Shown: positions 12,117 to 25,068 of the stretch, piece by piece
Layout of the letters: every line of letters begins with the position of its first letter
Numbering within the stretch: position 1 is the first letter of the stretch
NCBI GenBank assembly: GCA_030704615.1
Contig: CM060733.1
Coordinates: 60,884,001-60,948,000 of the forward strand
Source: Takakia lepidozioides
Taxonomy: Eukaryota > Plantae > Bryophyta
DNA length: 64,000 bases
Direction: 5' to 3'
Position numbers and translations under genes: made by a program
The notes under the pieces: generated by a model
Told to the model about the DNA's origin: nothing
Seen by the model: only the letters and a program-made list of their open reading frames with translations
The model's database searches: none

Positions 12117-13658
12117 CGCATCAATCCCTCACACAATCACGTTTGATCAACTCCCAGATTTCAACAGGATGGAAATGTGGGTCTCTGATATTCTTGCTTC
12201 AAAAGTTTATAAACACGAACCAATCTCTGAATCTGAAGTATCAAGCCAATACACAGCATCATCGAACCACTCCTCACTCTCTACCTCCATCTCCGCCTAG
12301 GCGTACTGTGCTTGGCAATATGGCGGGAAACATCCGTCCGTTTGTACACTATACATCAACTGTGTAGCTGGAGATGGATGTGCAAATTTTTTTCGTATCC
12401 ATTTCGGACTTCGAGAATGTAAGTAGAGAAATTTTTCGTAGCAACTTGTCCCTGTCCCGAAATGGCCACCTGGCATACATCTTTGTCCTAGGGTTGTACC
12501 TTGAAGAATACCTAGTTCCCATGATGAGACATGACAGTACACTGAGCTCCCACATAACTTGGTTGTTGAGGAGCTCGATAATGTGGACAGTCCACCTGGT
12601 AGCTACAGACAGGTTGTTGAAGGCTAGCTTGCATACGACATTATCAATGCAAGATCCACATACCTAGATGCAACTTAGTTTTGACGTGAAGCTACGAAGT
12701 CCCCCTCTAGCTGCACAAAATGGTCCCTAAGGAAGTGAAGAGGCAGTGCAACTGCTCTCAATTGCACTAAGCACGTTAGAAAACCCAAGGCCTTTGTCAC
12801 AGATTTGTGTGATTGAGCATACAATGCAAATCACATTGCAGCTTCCGTGTTTCAGTCAGCTTTCTCATTATAAGGGAAGTTCCAAAGATTGATGCCACAA
12901 AGTTGATAAACCAGCTTGGAAACATGCACACCATGGCATGCTGTGTTGAGTTTGGCATTGAGCAACACGATTGCAGCTCCTCTAATTGTCAACTACCTGC
13001 ACCAACAGAAATGGATCCCTGCGTACTCCTGCCACCTCTCTTTTGAATGGTGGTGATGCAGTCGTGTCTTGCTAGAAGCCTTGCAACACTATTCAATGTA
13101 TTCCCTGTATGATCATCTGACTTCCTACCTTTAGCCTGTGGCAGTTTATGGAACTAACTTCAGACTTGTACTCGTCGCATGCAAGAACACCCCAAAACAT
13201 GAACTGACCATTCCAGAAGCAACCAAGTTGTGCCAAAATCCCAGACACATAGGTGTGTGTGTGTGTGAGGACAGACAGAGTTTGTGCTACAATGAGCAAA
13301 CTTCTCTCACTATTATAGCATGCTAACTCGATAGACATTATAGACAGAGCAACATCCAATCATTCCCTGACTGGATCTTCCACTTATGGAATGAAGACAC
13401 AAGTGATTGCATTACAGGACACAACCAGGCGAGCTTTGTCGGAATGATTTTTAAGTTGGTTAAATGCCCAAGATGGTACATTGGATATCTTGCCATTTGG
13501 CTTCTACCAAACAAAGGACAGCCTCCTACAAGTGGCCAGGATATGTAAAGCAGTTGACACTTAAAGTTCCTTGGGCCCTTCAAAAGGGTGGTATGATACA
13601 TACATTGCAACTTTTGGAGGTGGAAAAATAAGCTTCTGAAACATGACTTAGCCAGTGC

Positions 13659-16507
13659 CTAGGATGGATTCTCTTCATTCAATGGCTGACTGGCTTGCAC
13701 AGCTGCAATTGTGTAGCGTGAGATTTCTCTGGCAACAATATCCCGCATCACACCCACTAACCCGGAGCCTTGTCCACCGGAACTATCGCAACCAGGCAAG
13801 CTTTCTAAGCCTGTTTGCTCCTGCTGCAACTGTGCTTGAAACATGGGCACCATCATCTGGGTAACCACCGCATGTATGGCGGATGTCAGGACTTCTGATG
13901 TGGTGCCCAGGTTGGCTGCTGTGGTTCCACCCAAAAGGCCATTGAAGCTGGCCAGATTGGGCAGCCCATTCCTACTGGCGAATGGGTCGTCAGCAAACTC
14001 CACATAGTCTGGACCCATTAGTGGGCCTTTTGGAGAAATGGAGGTGTCAGGGTGCCTGCCATATGTCTGGGGGGGACAGCAACCTCGTCCACAGTGGCTT
14101 GGAACTTCTGGCATATTCCACCGCCACAACGGGTGCATGAACGAGGAGACTGTCCTTGAACCCAATAAAGAGCAGTCGTCCTCAAAATTTGAACAAGAAG
14201 GGAGAGACAAAGATGTTGATGGTGCATACCCATTCAGGGACGGCGCTGCCTCTGGGAGACCACAGCTGGCTGCCACCTTCCGAGCAGTATAGGTACTGAA
14301 AGCACTTGGGCGCGGCACTGGCCTGATTAGCTTATTCTCTGAACATTTCATCAGAGCAGGGTGGGTCTCATCCCCACCATCCCTTTGCTCCACCTCTGCT
14401 CCAGTCATCAATCGATCTTCCAATGTCTCACCTTTTGCTTCTGTCTCAAGTGATGGCCATGAGTGTCGAGTCTCTGATGAGACAGCCATATCATCTCCAT
14501 CAATCTCCCTTCCAGAATCGTCTCCCACATCATTGTCATCACGCCCATGCTTGCTGCGCTCTGTATCACTTCCTTCTTCTTTCCCTTTGTCTGATCCATC
14601 TGACGACCCTTCCTTCCGGCCTCGATCATCTCCTAGATACTTGCGTCGTAGCGTGGAGTTCCAATGATTCTTGATAGCATTGTCTGTGCGGCCAGGCAGC
14701 ATTCTGGCTATAGATGCCCACTTGTTTCCATGGATCGCATGTGCTGCCACAATGGCCCGATCCTCTTCTTCTGCATATGGTTAAAGCGTCAATTGATAAG
14801 TTGTATGTAGGACAAAGAGAAAGAAAGAAAACTTTATAATGTGCAAGGGAAGCTCAAAGAACTTATGGTGGACAAAAGAAAGCAGGAAACAAGAAAATAG
14901 AAGGAAAGAAAGAAAGCTTGTATACCAGAGCGAGAATGTGCTCATAAGACGTTGTTTGCCGTAGCCTTGTGGCCATAGACCCTGCGCCCAGTTTGGGCCG
15001 AACATCTTTACAAGGGATTGTACTCATAAAATGCTGTTTGCCATGGCCTTGAGGCCATGTACACAAGAGAGAGAGACAGAATATGTTTGTCCATGGGAGG
15101 CCAAAACACTGAAAGAAGGAAGGAAAGGAAGAAACTTTACAATGTCCACAAAGAGAAAGAGGAACTTTATGACCATCAGAGGGAGAGAGGGGGGTATAAG
15201 GGGAACAAGCAGGAGAGGTTGGGGGGAACTAGTCTTGAGTCTCCTGACCATGGATTCCCAAGAAGAAATTAGAAGTCAGCAAGGCTGTAACTGTACATTG
15301 CTCAAAGATCCAGTGCGTTGATGAGACCAAATTTTAAAAAATCATGATTGACTGATCCTGCAACCCGAAATGGTTGAGAGTAAATATCTAGCTACAACTC
15401 AAACCTGACTAAGACCTATGAGAGCCAACTACCTCTTTAGGACCATCTCTCCAGCTGGCTCCATGTCATACTTAGGCTAGTAAGTAGAATGAAAATAGCA
15501 AGCTCCAATACAGCTTCAAGCAACACGGTGAACCCTACTGTGCTGCCTTTACCAAAGAGCCGACTACACAATTGACTGTTGTGTCAGATGCAGTGACATA
15601 TGACTAACCGCATGTACCCTATTGCACACAAGCCCATCTCATGTTAAAGTTATCTTCCCTTGGATCTGTCACTTGGAAGTGTTCGTGTGAAAGCGACTAG
15701 GCTCGAGAGAGCACCTAAACAAATGGTCACATAAAGCTTGATCCATCAGCTATGAGTGCACAGATACTCCACACAGCTCTACTTGGCTGGTCTCGATCAT
15801 GGCCTACTTCCTGCTGCCTTTCAGTGCTAGAGACACCAGGCGAACAACAGGTCCCGAAAACCATTTCAAAACTTACATTAGTGGTCCTGGAATCGTCACC
15901 GATTCTAGACTTCACTGTGAGAAGCAAAACAAGGTTACTTAAAGAGGAATCAGCGCAAAAAGCAATCAGTTTAGCATGAAAGCTCCCAAAGATCGCCAGT
16001 GCAGCAGAATGAAGATTGTGAAGAATCGCGATGCACACAAGTGTTGCATTGCAGCTCCAGTGTTGCAGTCATTTGCTGCAGACTGAGCTCTGCCTCTGGC
16101 ATACATCCTTCACTTAACCACAACTACTCATTATCCTTACTTCCCCCACTCGTACAGCCAACACACTCACACTTCGCTCTCTTTCCGTGGCGTGCGAGAT
16201 AAACTCCGACACTACTAGACAATTTCGACCAGCCAGCGCAGTGCAAAAAAGATAGAGCGGGAGCACGAATTACAAAAGCTGGGGTGCAGTTAACCGCACC
16301 AGAGAACGGTTTACGCTTCACACCAGGGTTGAGCTGATTACACCAGCGCAGCCGACACGACTTCCCCGACCGGCCTGGGATGCCCCGGGCAATCAGACTC
16401 CAGTTCCTAGCTCCAAATTTCTCCACCAGCCTATTCAACACCACATCCTCCTCCGGCGACCACGGCCCCTTGATGCGATCATCCCCTCCCTGCCCACCCC
16501 CCTTCAT
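13659..16507 (-). CDS. R2R3-MYB transcription factor, subgroup 23-like (AtMYB1/25/109 type); exons 16300-16507 and 13659-14770
   Basis: [12 protein letters not shown]...[27 protein letters not shown] spliced (G|AA) to [44 protein letters not shown]; C-terminal [10 protein letters not shown] and [11 protein letters not shown] motifs. Confidence 0.95.
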
Positions 16508-16581
16508 CTCTTCCAACGCCACGGCTTTCTACTCCCGCTTCCCAGATGCTCCTCGAGCCCCTCAATCTGTGCACGGCCCGC

Positions 16582-16695
16582 TCAGCACGCCATAAATCTC
16601 CACCCACCAAAGGAAAGACAACAATCTTGCAAGCTTGCAAGCCCGCAACACAAGCCATCGACCGAGCTCTGCAATCTCGAGCTCTCCATCGCCAT
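16582..16695 (-). promoter_or_regulatory. 37-aa upstream ORF in the presumed MYB 5' leader
   Basis: gagATGG context; reads MAMESSRLQSSVDGLCCGLASLQDCCLSFGGWRFMAC-stop and ends ~75 nt before the MYB ATG. Confidence 0.5.
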
Positions 16696-16786
16696 CTCTG
16701 TCTGTGTGTCTCGCAGGTCGCAGGGTGGGGTGTGTGGGTAAGGTGCGGTGTGGTGGGTTCACACAGGTAGGACATGCCGCCCTGGC

Positions 16787-16919
16787 TAACCGCGGTTACG
16801 TGCGCAGTCAGCCAGGTGTCAGTTACTAGTGAGCCAGTGGTAAGTTACTAGTAACAAATTTGTTAGGTACCTGACGCACCAAACCGCGTGCTGCAACGGT
16901 TGTGCGTCACCGGCAGTTG
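16787..16919. promoter_or_regulatory. Cluster of MYB-type binding motifs in the divergent MYB/COPG intergenic region
   Basis: TAACCGCGGTTA, CAGTTA, GTTAGGT, CAACGGTTG and CAGTTG within ~135 bp. Confidence 0.4.
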
Positions 16920-17573
16920 AAGCTCCACGCCGGGGGGGAGGGGCCCCCCTGCCTGCCTTTGCTTATGGGATAATTCACCCTCCATTTATTTCCCAATGAT
17001 CGCAACTCGCACATTTATTTATCTCTGCACCTCCATTTCCGTTCCGTATCCCGTCCTTTTGAAATGGTTACAGGCCATGGTTTTGCGTGTAAGTATTTAG
17101 TTAGGGAGTTGGAACGGCAGGCGAGTTGTTATGTGTCAGTGGGACCGTGCCTATCTTTACTTGGGAACCGTTCCCTTGACAGACCGGATGGATGAATGAG
17201 TGATGATGGATAGATGATACCCGTCTCTCTGTGGATGAATCGGCAGGCGATTTGGATGTTTGACGAGCAGTTATGCGCAAATTTCTTCCAACCGATGCCC
17301 CGTGTATGACCCAGAAATTTGTATCTATACTTCACAACTGATGGATGTGAGCAGACGAAGTTTGAGCGCCAGACCACCTCGTGTGTGGCTACGGAATCGG
17401 GACAGATGAATGAACTACAGATGGAACACGGATGGAGTGTGGATGGGATGTAGAGGATGAATGACAGAGAGATTGTTGTTCATCCGTGTGGCCGAGAGCA
17501 ATCAGGGTGCGAGAGAGAGGGCTTGGCGTCGTCTCTCTCGATTGTGTCTTTCGCAGAGCTCCAGCGATCCGCC

Positions 17574-20500
17574 ATGGCGCTCAGTCAGCCTGCTCCGAAG
17601 AAGGATGATGACAGGGACGATGACTGTATGTGTCTCTTTGTTTCTCTTCTGTATCTCTTTTTTTGCATCTGTCACTGGTCTTTCCCAGGTCTTTTTGGTG
17701 GTACTCAGCAGTGAGTGAGGGTTAAGGATGTGTGGTGGTCCGATCGGAAATCTGCAATCAAGCTTTGCATTGGCTGTGCATGAAAAGTGCTTGTTGTTGG
17801 ATCTCTGTCATGGCTTGATCTCGGAGGCTTGTGGTCGCCTTGAGATGCCTGCTCCATTTTTGCTTAATCTAGCTAGTGCGATCAGGTGTAGAGGTGCCAG
17901 CTTTACTCTGTTTTCTTCAGCTTGCGATTCTGAAAATCAGGGTAATACCATGTCGATTGGTGCAGCCACTCAGGAAGACCTAATACTAGATCTGTAACCA
18001 AATAGTCACCGTGTCATGAAAGTGGCTACATTATGGACTGGCAATTGCAAAGCGAGGTCAAACTCTCCGTTCATGTTAGCCAGGTTAGATTGTGAGCTGC
18101 AATGTGGGCTACTCCCAGCTATATTTCTAAATCTAGAAGCATGAGGGGTAGATCGTTGGACCTAATTCAAAATAATGGTCAACTAGTCCAGGAGGGAAGT
18201 CTGGCACCAAAACATAGGAGTTCACCTGAGGAGATTGGTGGGCAGGCTAGTGTGCTGGGAGAGCAGTTGTTGACCAAAATTAAATTTGGGATCCTCGCAT
18301 TTACAATGATGTTATGCTTACCTGCAGCTGAGTATTCTCCTTTCTTTGGCATCGAAAAGGGAGCAGTCCTGCAGGAAGCACGGGTCTTCAACGATCCCCA
18401 GCTTGATGCCAGGCGATGTGCCCAGGTGCCTCACTTTTGGCTTTTGCATAGGGTTCTTACTGTGTTCTTCACTGCACTCTGGTTGCAACATTCTAGCTAA
18501 TCTGGTTGGCTTGACCTTCACATGGGCTCAGGTGATTACGAAACTACTGTACTTGATCAATCAAGGGGAGACCTTCACAAAGGTGAGTTCTGCAAATAAA
18601 ATAAAATTCTTTAAGGTCTGAGAAGTCTTCTTGTTTAGAAGAGGGTGGGTGGGTCTCCAATGAATTTAATCTACTCAGCTAATAATGCAGTCCCAGTAGG
18701 TAGCATCTGATGACTCTCTGTGACTGTGAGCAGACCGAGGCAACAGAGGTTTTCTTTGCTGTCACCAAGCTCTTCCAGTCCAAGGATATAGGGCTGAGGC
18801 GAATGGTGTACCTTATGATCAAAGAAATCTCTCCATCAAATGACGAGGTATACCCTGAGTCAGCAAGTTAGTGTTGGTGTACAGAAGTACTCAACATTGT
18901 TGAGGTAATTGACATATCCAGGGTTTTCGCAGGTCATCATCGTGACAAGCTCCTTGATGAAGGACATGAACAGCAAGACGGATCTTTATCGTGCCAATGC
19001 CATTCGAGTGCTTTGCAGGATCACAGATGGGGGCCTGTTGGGTCAGATTGAGCGCTATCTGAAGCAGGCTGTGGTGGACAAGAATCCTGTTGTCTCCAGT
19101 GCTGCCCTCGTCAGTGGCATTCATCTTCTTCAGGTATATGTATCTATTTTGAGTGGTGTCCAATTTGATTTGAGTCCTTCTAGCGGTATCAGCATTTGTT
19201 GGGTATTGTCCTGACACCTCCTTACATGTGGTAATATGGGTTCAGAGCAATCCGGATATCGTGAAACGATGGAGCAATGAAGTGCAGGAAGCAGTTCAGT
19301 CAAAGGCTCCTCTAGTCCAATTTCATGCCTTGGCTTTACTCCATCAGGTGTGAATCTTGAATCACCTTTTGAGTTGCAAATGTGCTTATTAGTTTCCAAA
19401 TGAGGGTGTTTCGCTGAAGCAGCATGGGTTATGCTGCAGCAGGATTGTTTAACACGTGTTTTGAACAAGAATTATTCTCTGAATTAAGACATTTTTTGAT
19501 CTCAGACAGTGGATCTCATAAACGCTGAGGATTTTTGTGAGTGGCTAAGCCCCACCTACTGTGCTTCTTCAGCGAATCTTGCTTTGGATTCTGCTAGCAT
19601 TCTAACTGAGTAGCTCTTCTATGTTTGATACACAGTTCTCTACAACTTCCACTCTCAAGCGTATTTTGTCAGGTAGTAGCATGATGCTGAAATTGAGTCC
19701 TAGAAATCGTCAGGAGTAACCATGCAAGGTGCTGCTGAAGGCATTACTGCCAACAGTGCTGAATTCTTATGTAGAAAGCGTTGTCCTGGACGGTCAGTCA
19801 ACTTTGCTAATTGGCACCTTCATGTTGAGTGACAGATCCGACAAAATGACAGACTTGCAGTGAGCAAGCTGGTGACTAGCCTCACCCGGGGCACCGTGCG
19901 TTCTCCACTGGCTCAATGTCTTCTCATTCGCTACACCAGCCAGGTAAATCCTGCTCTAATATGTTTACTAGACCATAAGTCCATCATCACCGGTAGATTG
20001 ATCAAGAACATGGCCGTGCAATGTGGCAGGTAATAGAGGAGTCAGCTCCCAATGCGCAGACCGGGGACAGGCCATTTTACGACTTCCTGGAGGGCTGTTT
20101 CCGGCACAAGACAGAAATGGTGGTATTTGAGGCTGCACGTGCTGTAACTGAGTTAAGTGGAGTCACCAGTCGCGAACTTACGCCAGCGATCACTGTCTTG
20201 CAGCTCTTCTTGAGCTCCTCCAAGCCTGTGTTGCGCTTTGCTGCTGTCCGCACTCTGAACAAGGTGAGCTTGAGGATTGCATAGATTAATCTAACCTGTT
20301 GCCAACATAGGGTGCTTTTTGCAGCTCTTTGACCAATTCCGTTCTTCTGTTTCATGAGGATGGGTATTACCATGGATTGGTGCAGGTGGCAATGACGCAT
20401 CCACTGGCAGTCACAAACTGCAATATTGACATGGAAAGCCTCATATCTGACCAGAATCGCAGCATTGCTACACTTGCCATCACCACACTTTTGAAGACAG

Positions 20501-23500
20501 GCAATGAATCGAGCGTGGATCGCCTCATGAAGCAAATTACCAACTTCATGTCCGACATAGCGGATGAGTTCAAGATTGTGGTCGTGGAAGCCATCCGGTC
20601 CCTCTGCCTCAAATTTCCACAGAAGTACCGCACCTTGTGAGTATATAAGTGGTTGGTAGCTGGACCTCCATGAATTGCCTATCCTATAACCTACATGATG
20701 TCTTGGAAAATTTGAGGATCACAATGTTGCTTTTTGTTGCAGAATGAATTTCCTGAGTAACATTCTCAGAGAAGAAGGGGGGTTTGACTACAAAAAGGCA
20801 ATTGTGGACTCCATCCTTATTCTTATTCGCGAGATTCCTGAGGCGAAAGAGAGCGGCCTTTCTCACCTTTGTGAATTCATTGAGGATTGTGAATTCACCT
20901 ATCTTTCTACCCAGGTCAGTCCAAGATGATCAAGGTCTCTATTGTTTTCAAGTTCATGTTGGAAAGATTGATACTTCCTTGTATGCCACCTCTTTCTTCT
21001 CATACTATCATGTGCGCAGATTCTGCATCTGCTTGGAAATGAAGGGCCCAAGACCCAAGACCCAAGCAAGTATATCCGCTATATCTACAACCGTGTCATA
21101 CTGGAGAATGCAACTGTGCGTGCGAGTGCAGTTAGTGCTTTGGCAAAGTTTGGAGCAATTGGTGACTCCTTGAGGGTGCAGTCTCACATCTTGTCTCCTG
21201 AATGTGTTAGTTTGTTCATCAGTTCTGGTTTTCATAGCAATTGCTGTTTTCTGCTGCTGGAATAAGAACATGTGTCAATGACGTTGTTGTTGGCTGATGT
21301 GTTGATGTATGTATGGCATGGCAGCCACGCATTTTGGTACTACTGCGGAGATGTCTATATGACAATGATGATGAGGTGCCTGCTTCCCTGACCTAGTCTT
21401 CTCCCTTGCTGTTGTTTCATTAGAAGTTTGTTCTCTGGTGGCGTGTTTAGTCAGTTAGCAACCCTGAGCATAGGAGCACTTTTCTTTGGCAGGTGCGAGA
21501 CAGAGCGACTCTCTATCTGAACCTGCTTGGAGATGGTCCTGAGACACCTACGCAGGATGCCCAAACCTTTTTGTTTCAGAGCTTGGATGTGCCTTTGGCA
21601 AATTTGGAGGCGAGCTTGCAAAGCTATGTAAGTGTGTGAAGTCCCCTCTAACCCAAGGTTCTACTGTTATTTTTTTCTTTCAATTGCTCCGTTAAAAGCA
21701 TGGTATGGTTGGCTGCTGACTTCAAGAAACCCCGCAGGAGGCAAGTGAGAGGCCATTTGACGTGGCGGCGGTCCCGAAAGAAGTGAAGTTGCAGCCCTTG
21801 GTGGAGAAAAAGGCACCTAGCAGTAAGAAGGTTGGCAAGGATGGCAATCAGAAGGTGACAGCCAATGGTGGTACTTCAGGTCCTAACTCGTCAGAGACTT
21901 ACGAGAGACTTCTAAATTCTATTCCTGAGTTTGCCAGCTTTGGAAAACTCTTCAAGGTGCATACCCTCTTACTATCAATGAGTTTCTAAACTGTCACCGT
22001 TTGTAGCTTGCTTTGATAGTGTATGATTTTGACGGAAAACATGTCTCATGAGTAATTTTTTATAGTGGCTAGTTCTTATTTTTTCACTGTTTTTAAGTGT
22101 CAAAGAATGTGTTGTGTACTACTCATGTCAGGTTGTAAACAGCAGCTGATGTGGATTCTGGCTTGACTTGTGCAGTCATCACCAGCTGTAGAGCTGACAG
22201 AAGCAGAGACCGAGTATTCAGTGAACGTTGTGAAGCACATCTTCCCACAGCATGTGGTATTCCAATTTAACTGCACGAACACAATTGCAGAGCAGCTCCT
22301 TGAAAATGTAAGCTCTGCTCAGACAAGTAGTTTGAGAATGGGTGACAAATATCTCCTTTTTATGGTCATGTTGCATGTGGTGATCATGAGATGTCGGAGG
22401 ATTAGAATAATAAAGGAGCTGTTTGTGGGTGCAGGTGAGTGTGGTCGTGGAATTGGCTGATGCAGAGGATTTCAAGCAGATTGCCACCAAGTCCTTGCCG
22501 TCCATGCCATATGGGACTCCAGGCCAAGCCTTTGTGGCTTTTGAGCAATCAGAGGGAGCTTTCTCTGTTGGAAAGTTCTCCAACACTCTGAAGTTTGTTG
22601 TGAAGGAGGTAAGCAAATCCCACTATTACATCACTTCACTCCAACATGTAATCTGTCACTGTAGAAGTGGGAACTTTATTTGAGGCTCAATTGAGGTAAG
22701 CAGGATTCCTTTGCTCTTTAAATGTCAAGCTTAAGCCAAGCTAAAGGAGCTAAAGAATCTTTCTTTGGCAGCTTCTTGTTGTCATACAAGCTTGAGTAAC
22801 AACTGAAAGTGTTAATTCCAGCGATTCTACCCTTTTCCCCTACAAAACAGAAAAAAAACAGAATTTGTTGTCACTAATTTGAATAGAAGTCTTGGGTGTC
22901 TATGTGTGGAGTTCTAGTTTCCCGTATTTGTAGTCGCTTATCTGGCTACAGGATGTCTATATATGTGATGTGTCAAATTATTGACTTCTTTGCCTTCCAG
23001 GTGGATCCAAGCACAGGAGATGCTGAAGAAGACGGGTACGAGGATGAGTACCAGCTGGAAGATTTAGAGGTAGGCAAATTATGTCTGGCTGTTGAAGTGA
23101 AAAGATTGCATGGTAGCCAAATTGTGGAGGACAATTTGGTGGTGTGCAAGTGGCCCAGGACAGTTTGCCTTCTCATACCTTAAGTTGCAACTGGCTGGAT
23201 GCAGGTCACTGCGGCAGATTACATTCTGAAGAATGGAGTATCTAACTTCAGGAATGCTTGGGATTCCCTAAGCCCTGAATTTGAGCGCATTGATGAGTAT
23301 GGTCTTGGTGTGAGGGAGAGTTTGCAGGAGGCAGTCCAGGCTGTCAGCACTATTCTTGGCATGCAACCTTGTGAGGTGAGCCCTTGTCAGACATTCACTT
23401 GAAGAACGTACCAAAGTTTGCTAGACATTGCCATCAAGGCCACTTGATTCTCCCGATAGAAGTGTGGATTATTTCTGAGGACAATGTACAGAATTTAGGT

Positions 23501-24004
23501 TTTTGATGCAGCAGGATCCTCCCATCTCTCATTATAGAACTGTCAAGCCACTGCATTCGTGGGTCATTATGTTGGGCCAGGTTGCACATCCTTCACATCG
23601 AGTCAATGGATTTTTTATTTCGTAGTTCTTATCCTTGTCAAGTGGGTTCCTCTGGGAATGTTTCATGGTTTGGGATTCTCTTTGAGTCAGGGGATTTACT
23701 CCATCAAAACATTCAATAACTAGATTTTATCTTGCATGGACCATTATGTCTTCTGAATTTTTTTTCCTCAAAGAGACATTGCGTGACCCGCAAGTGCAAT
23801 GTTGTGCAGGGAACAGAGGTGGTACAGAGTAATGCCCGATCACATACATGCTGGCTGGCCGGCCAGTTTTTGAGTGGTTCGCAAGTGTTAGTGCGCCTTT
23901 CAGTTGGTATTGATGCTCAGAAACAGGTAGCCATGAAGCTGGCTGTCCGATCTCAGGATCAAAACGTCAGTGAATATATTCATGAGATCATTGCAAATGC
24001 TTGA
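17574..24004 (+). CDS. COPG: Coatomer subunit gamma (gamma-COP), about 19 exons
   Basis: [102 protein letters not shown]-terminal VAMKLAVRS; exons join in frame at GT-AG introns. Confidence 0.97.
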
Positions 24005-25068
24005 TGATCCTTCCACAATAGTGGATGCCTGCCGAATGTGAAAGAGTATAGAAACATGTTCCTTAACATGATTTGAGCTTCCTGGTACCCCTGTTTGCAG
24101 TGTACATAACGAAACATCTATTCGGCGATTCCTTGGAAGTTCATTCTTTTGTTCAATTACTGGTCCGCTCCTAAGCTTTTGGATGTGATTGAAACATCCA
24201 CTAGTTTTTTCCAACTTAATCCCCTGTGTGGGTGTACCGTGAGTTGCAATTTTGTGACATGGCTTTGATCCAAGCAAACAATTTAAGTTGGTCTCGGGGA
24301 TGTTGGGCATAGTCCAAAGTGCTGTTTTGTGGATGTGTCTACTAGGCCAAGGTCTGCAGTCCAATCAATAACAGTCATAGGACTCCCACAGACTGTATAT
24401 TATACACCGTCTCTCTTGGTTTGAGTGTCATCTTTTTGAGTTAAAGCACCTGAGATACAGCTCCTTCAGGCTTGACTGCAAGAGAGTTAGAGACAACGGC
24501 AACCTCATGTGAGGCTAAGTGCAACAACACTGCCCCATTGTGTACTCATATCCCAGTCTTACACCTAACAATGAGCTGCATCCCTCAGTCTCTGCATCTA
24601 CTTATTGTCAGAACCAAGTTCACAACCTGCCAAGCAATCTCTTCAAGAGACTTTTGAAAACTAGATCAAAACACAGTTGCTGAGGAAGACCAGCAAACAT
24701 TCCCCCTACTTGAATCAAATTGGGTTGCTTATTTCAAAACTCATCTCCAAGGGACACTTCTGGGAGAGTCAAAGAACTGAAGCTTCGAGGAACCTCCCTG
24801 GAGGTAATTCATATCAGATCATCCATCCGGCTGGGGGAAACAGGTGTCCCGTGAACACGTGTAGTAGGCAGGTGAAGCTCAGGCTTCGCTCTTGCCCTCC
24901 TTGTGGGCAGGCAGGTCTCATCAGATCCGTGCTCGCTCTGCATCGCCTGCAAAACAAGGAGGAAGGGTGAGGTGGGAAGAAATCAAAGGTGGTTGGGGTG
25001 GTGGTGTATGGATCAGGAAGTGAAAGTACATGCCAGGAAAAAGCGAGCGTGAGAAGGATTTGGGAAGC

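Noticed and set aside
12730-12750. 18/21 match to the complement of miR408 (AGGAAGTGAAGAGGCAGTGCA)
   Set aside because: No plus-strand gene here to be a target and no extended fold-back for a precursor; probably chance.
14935-15060. Short ~40-bp direct repeat in the MYB intron
   Set aside because: Small degenerate duplication with no evident function.
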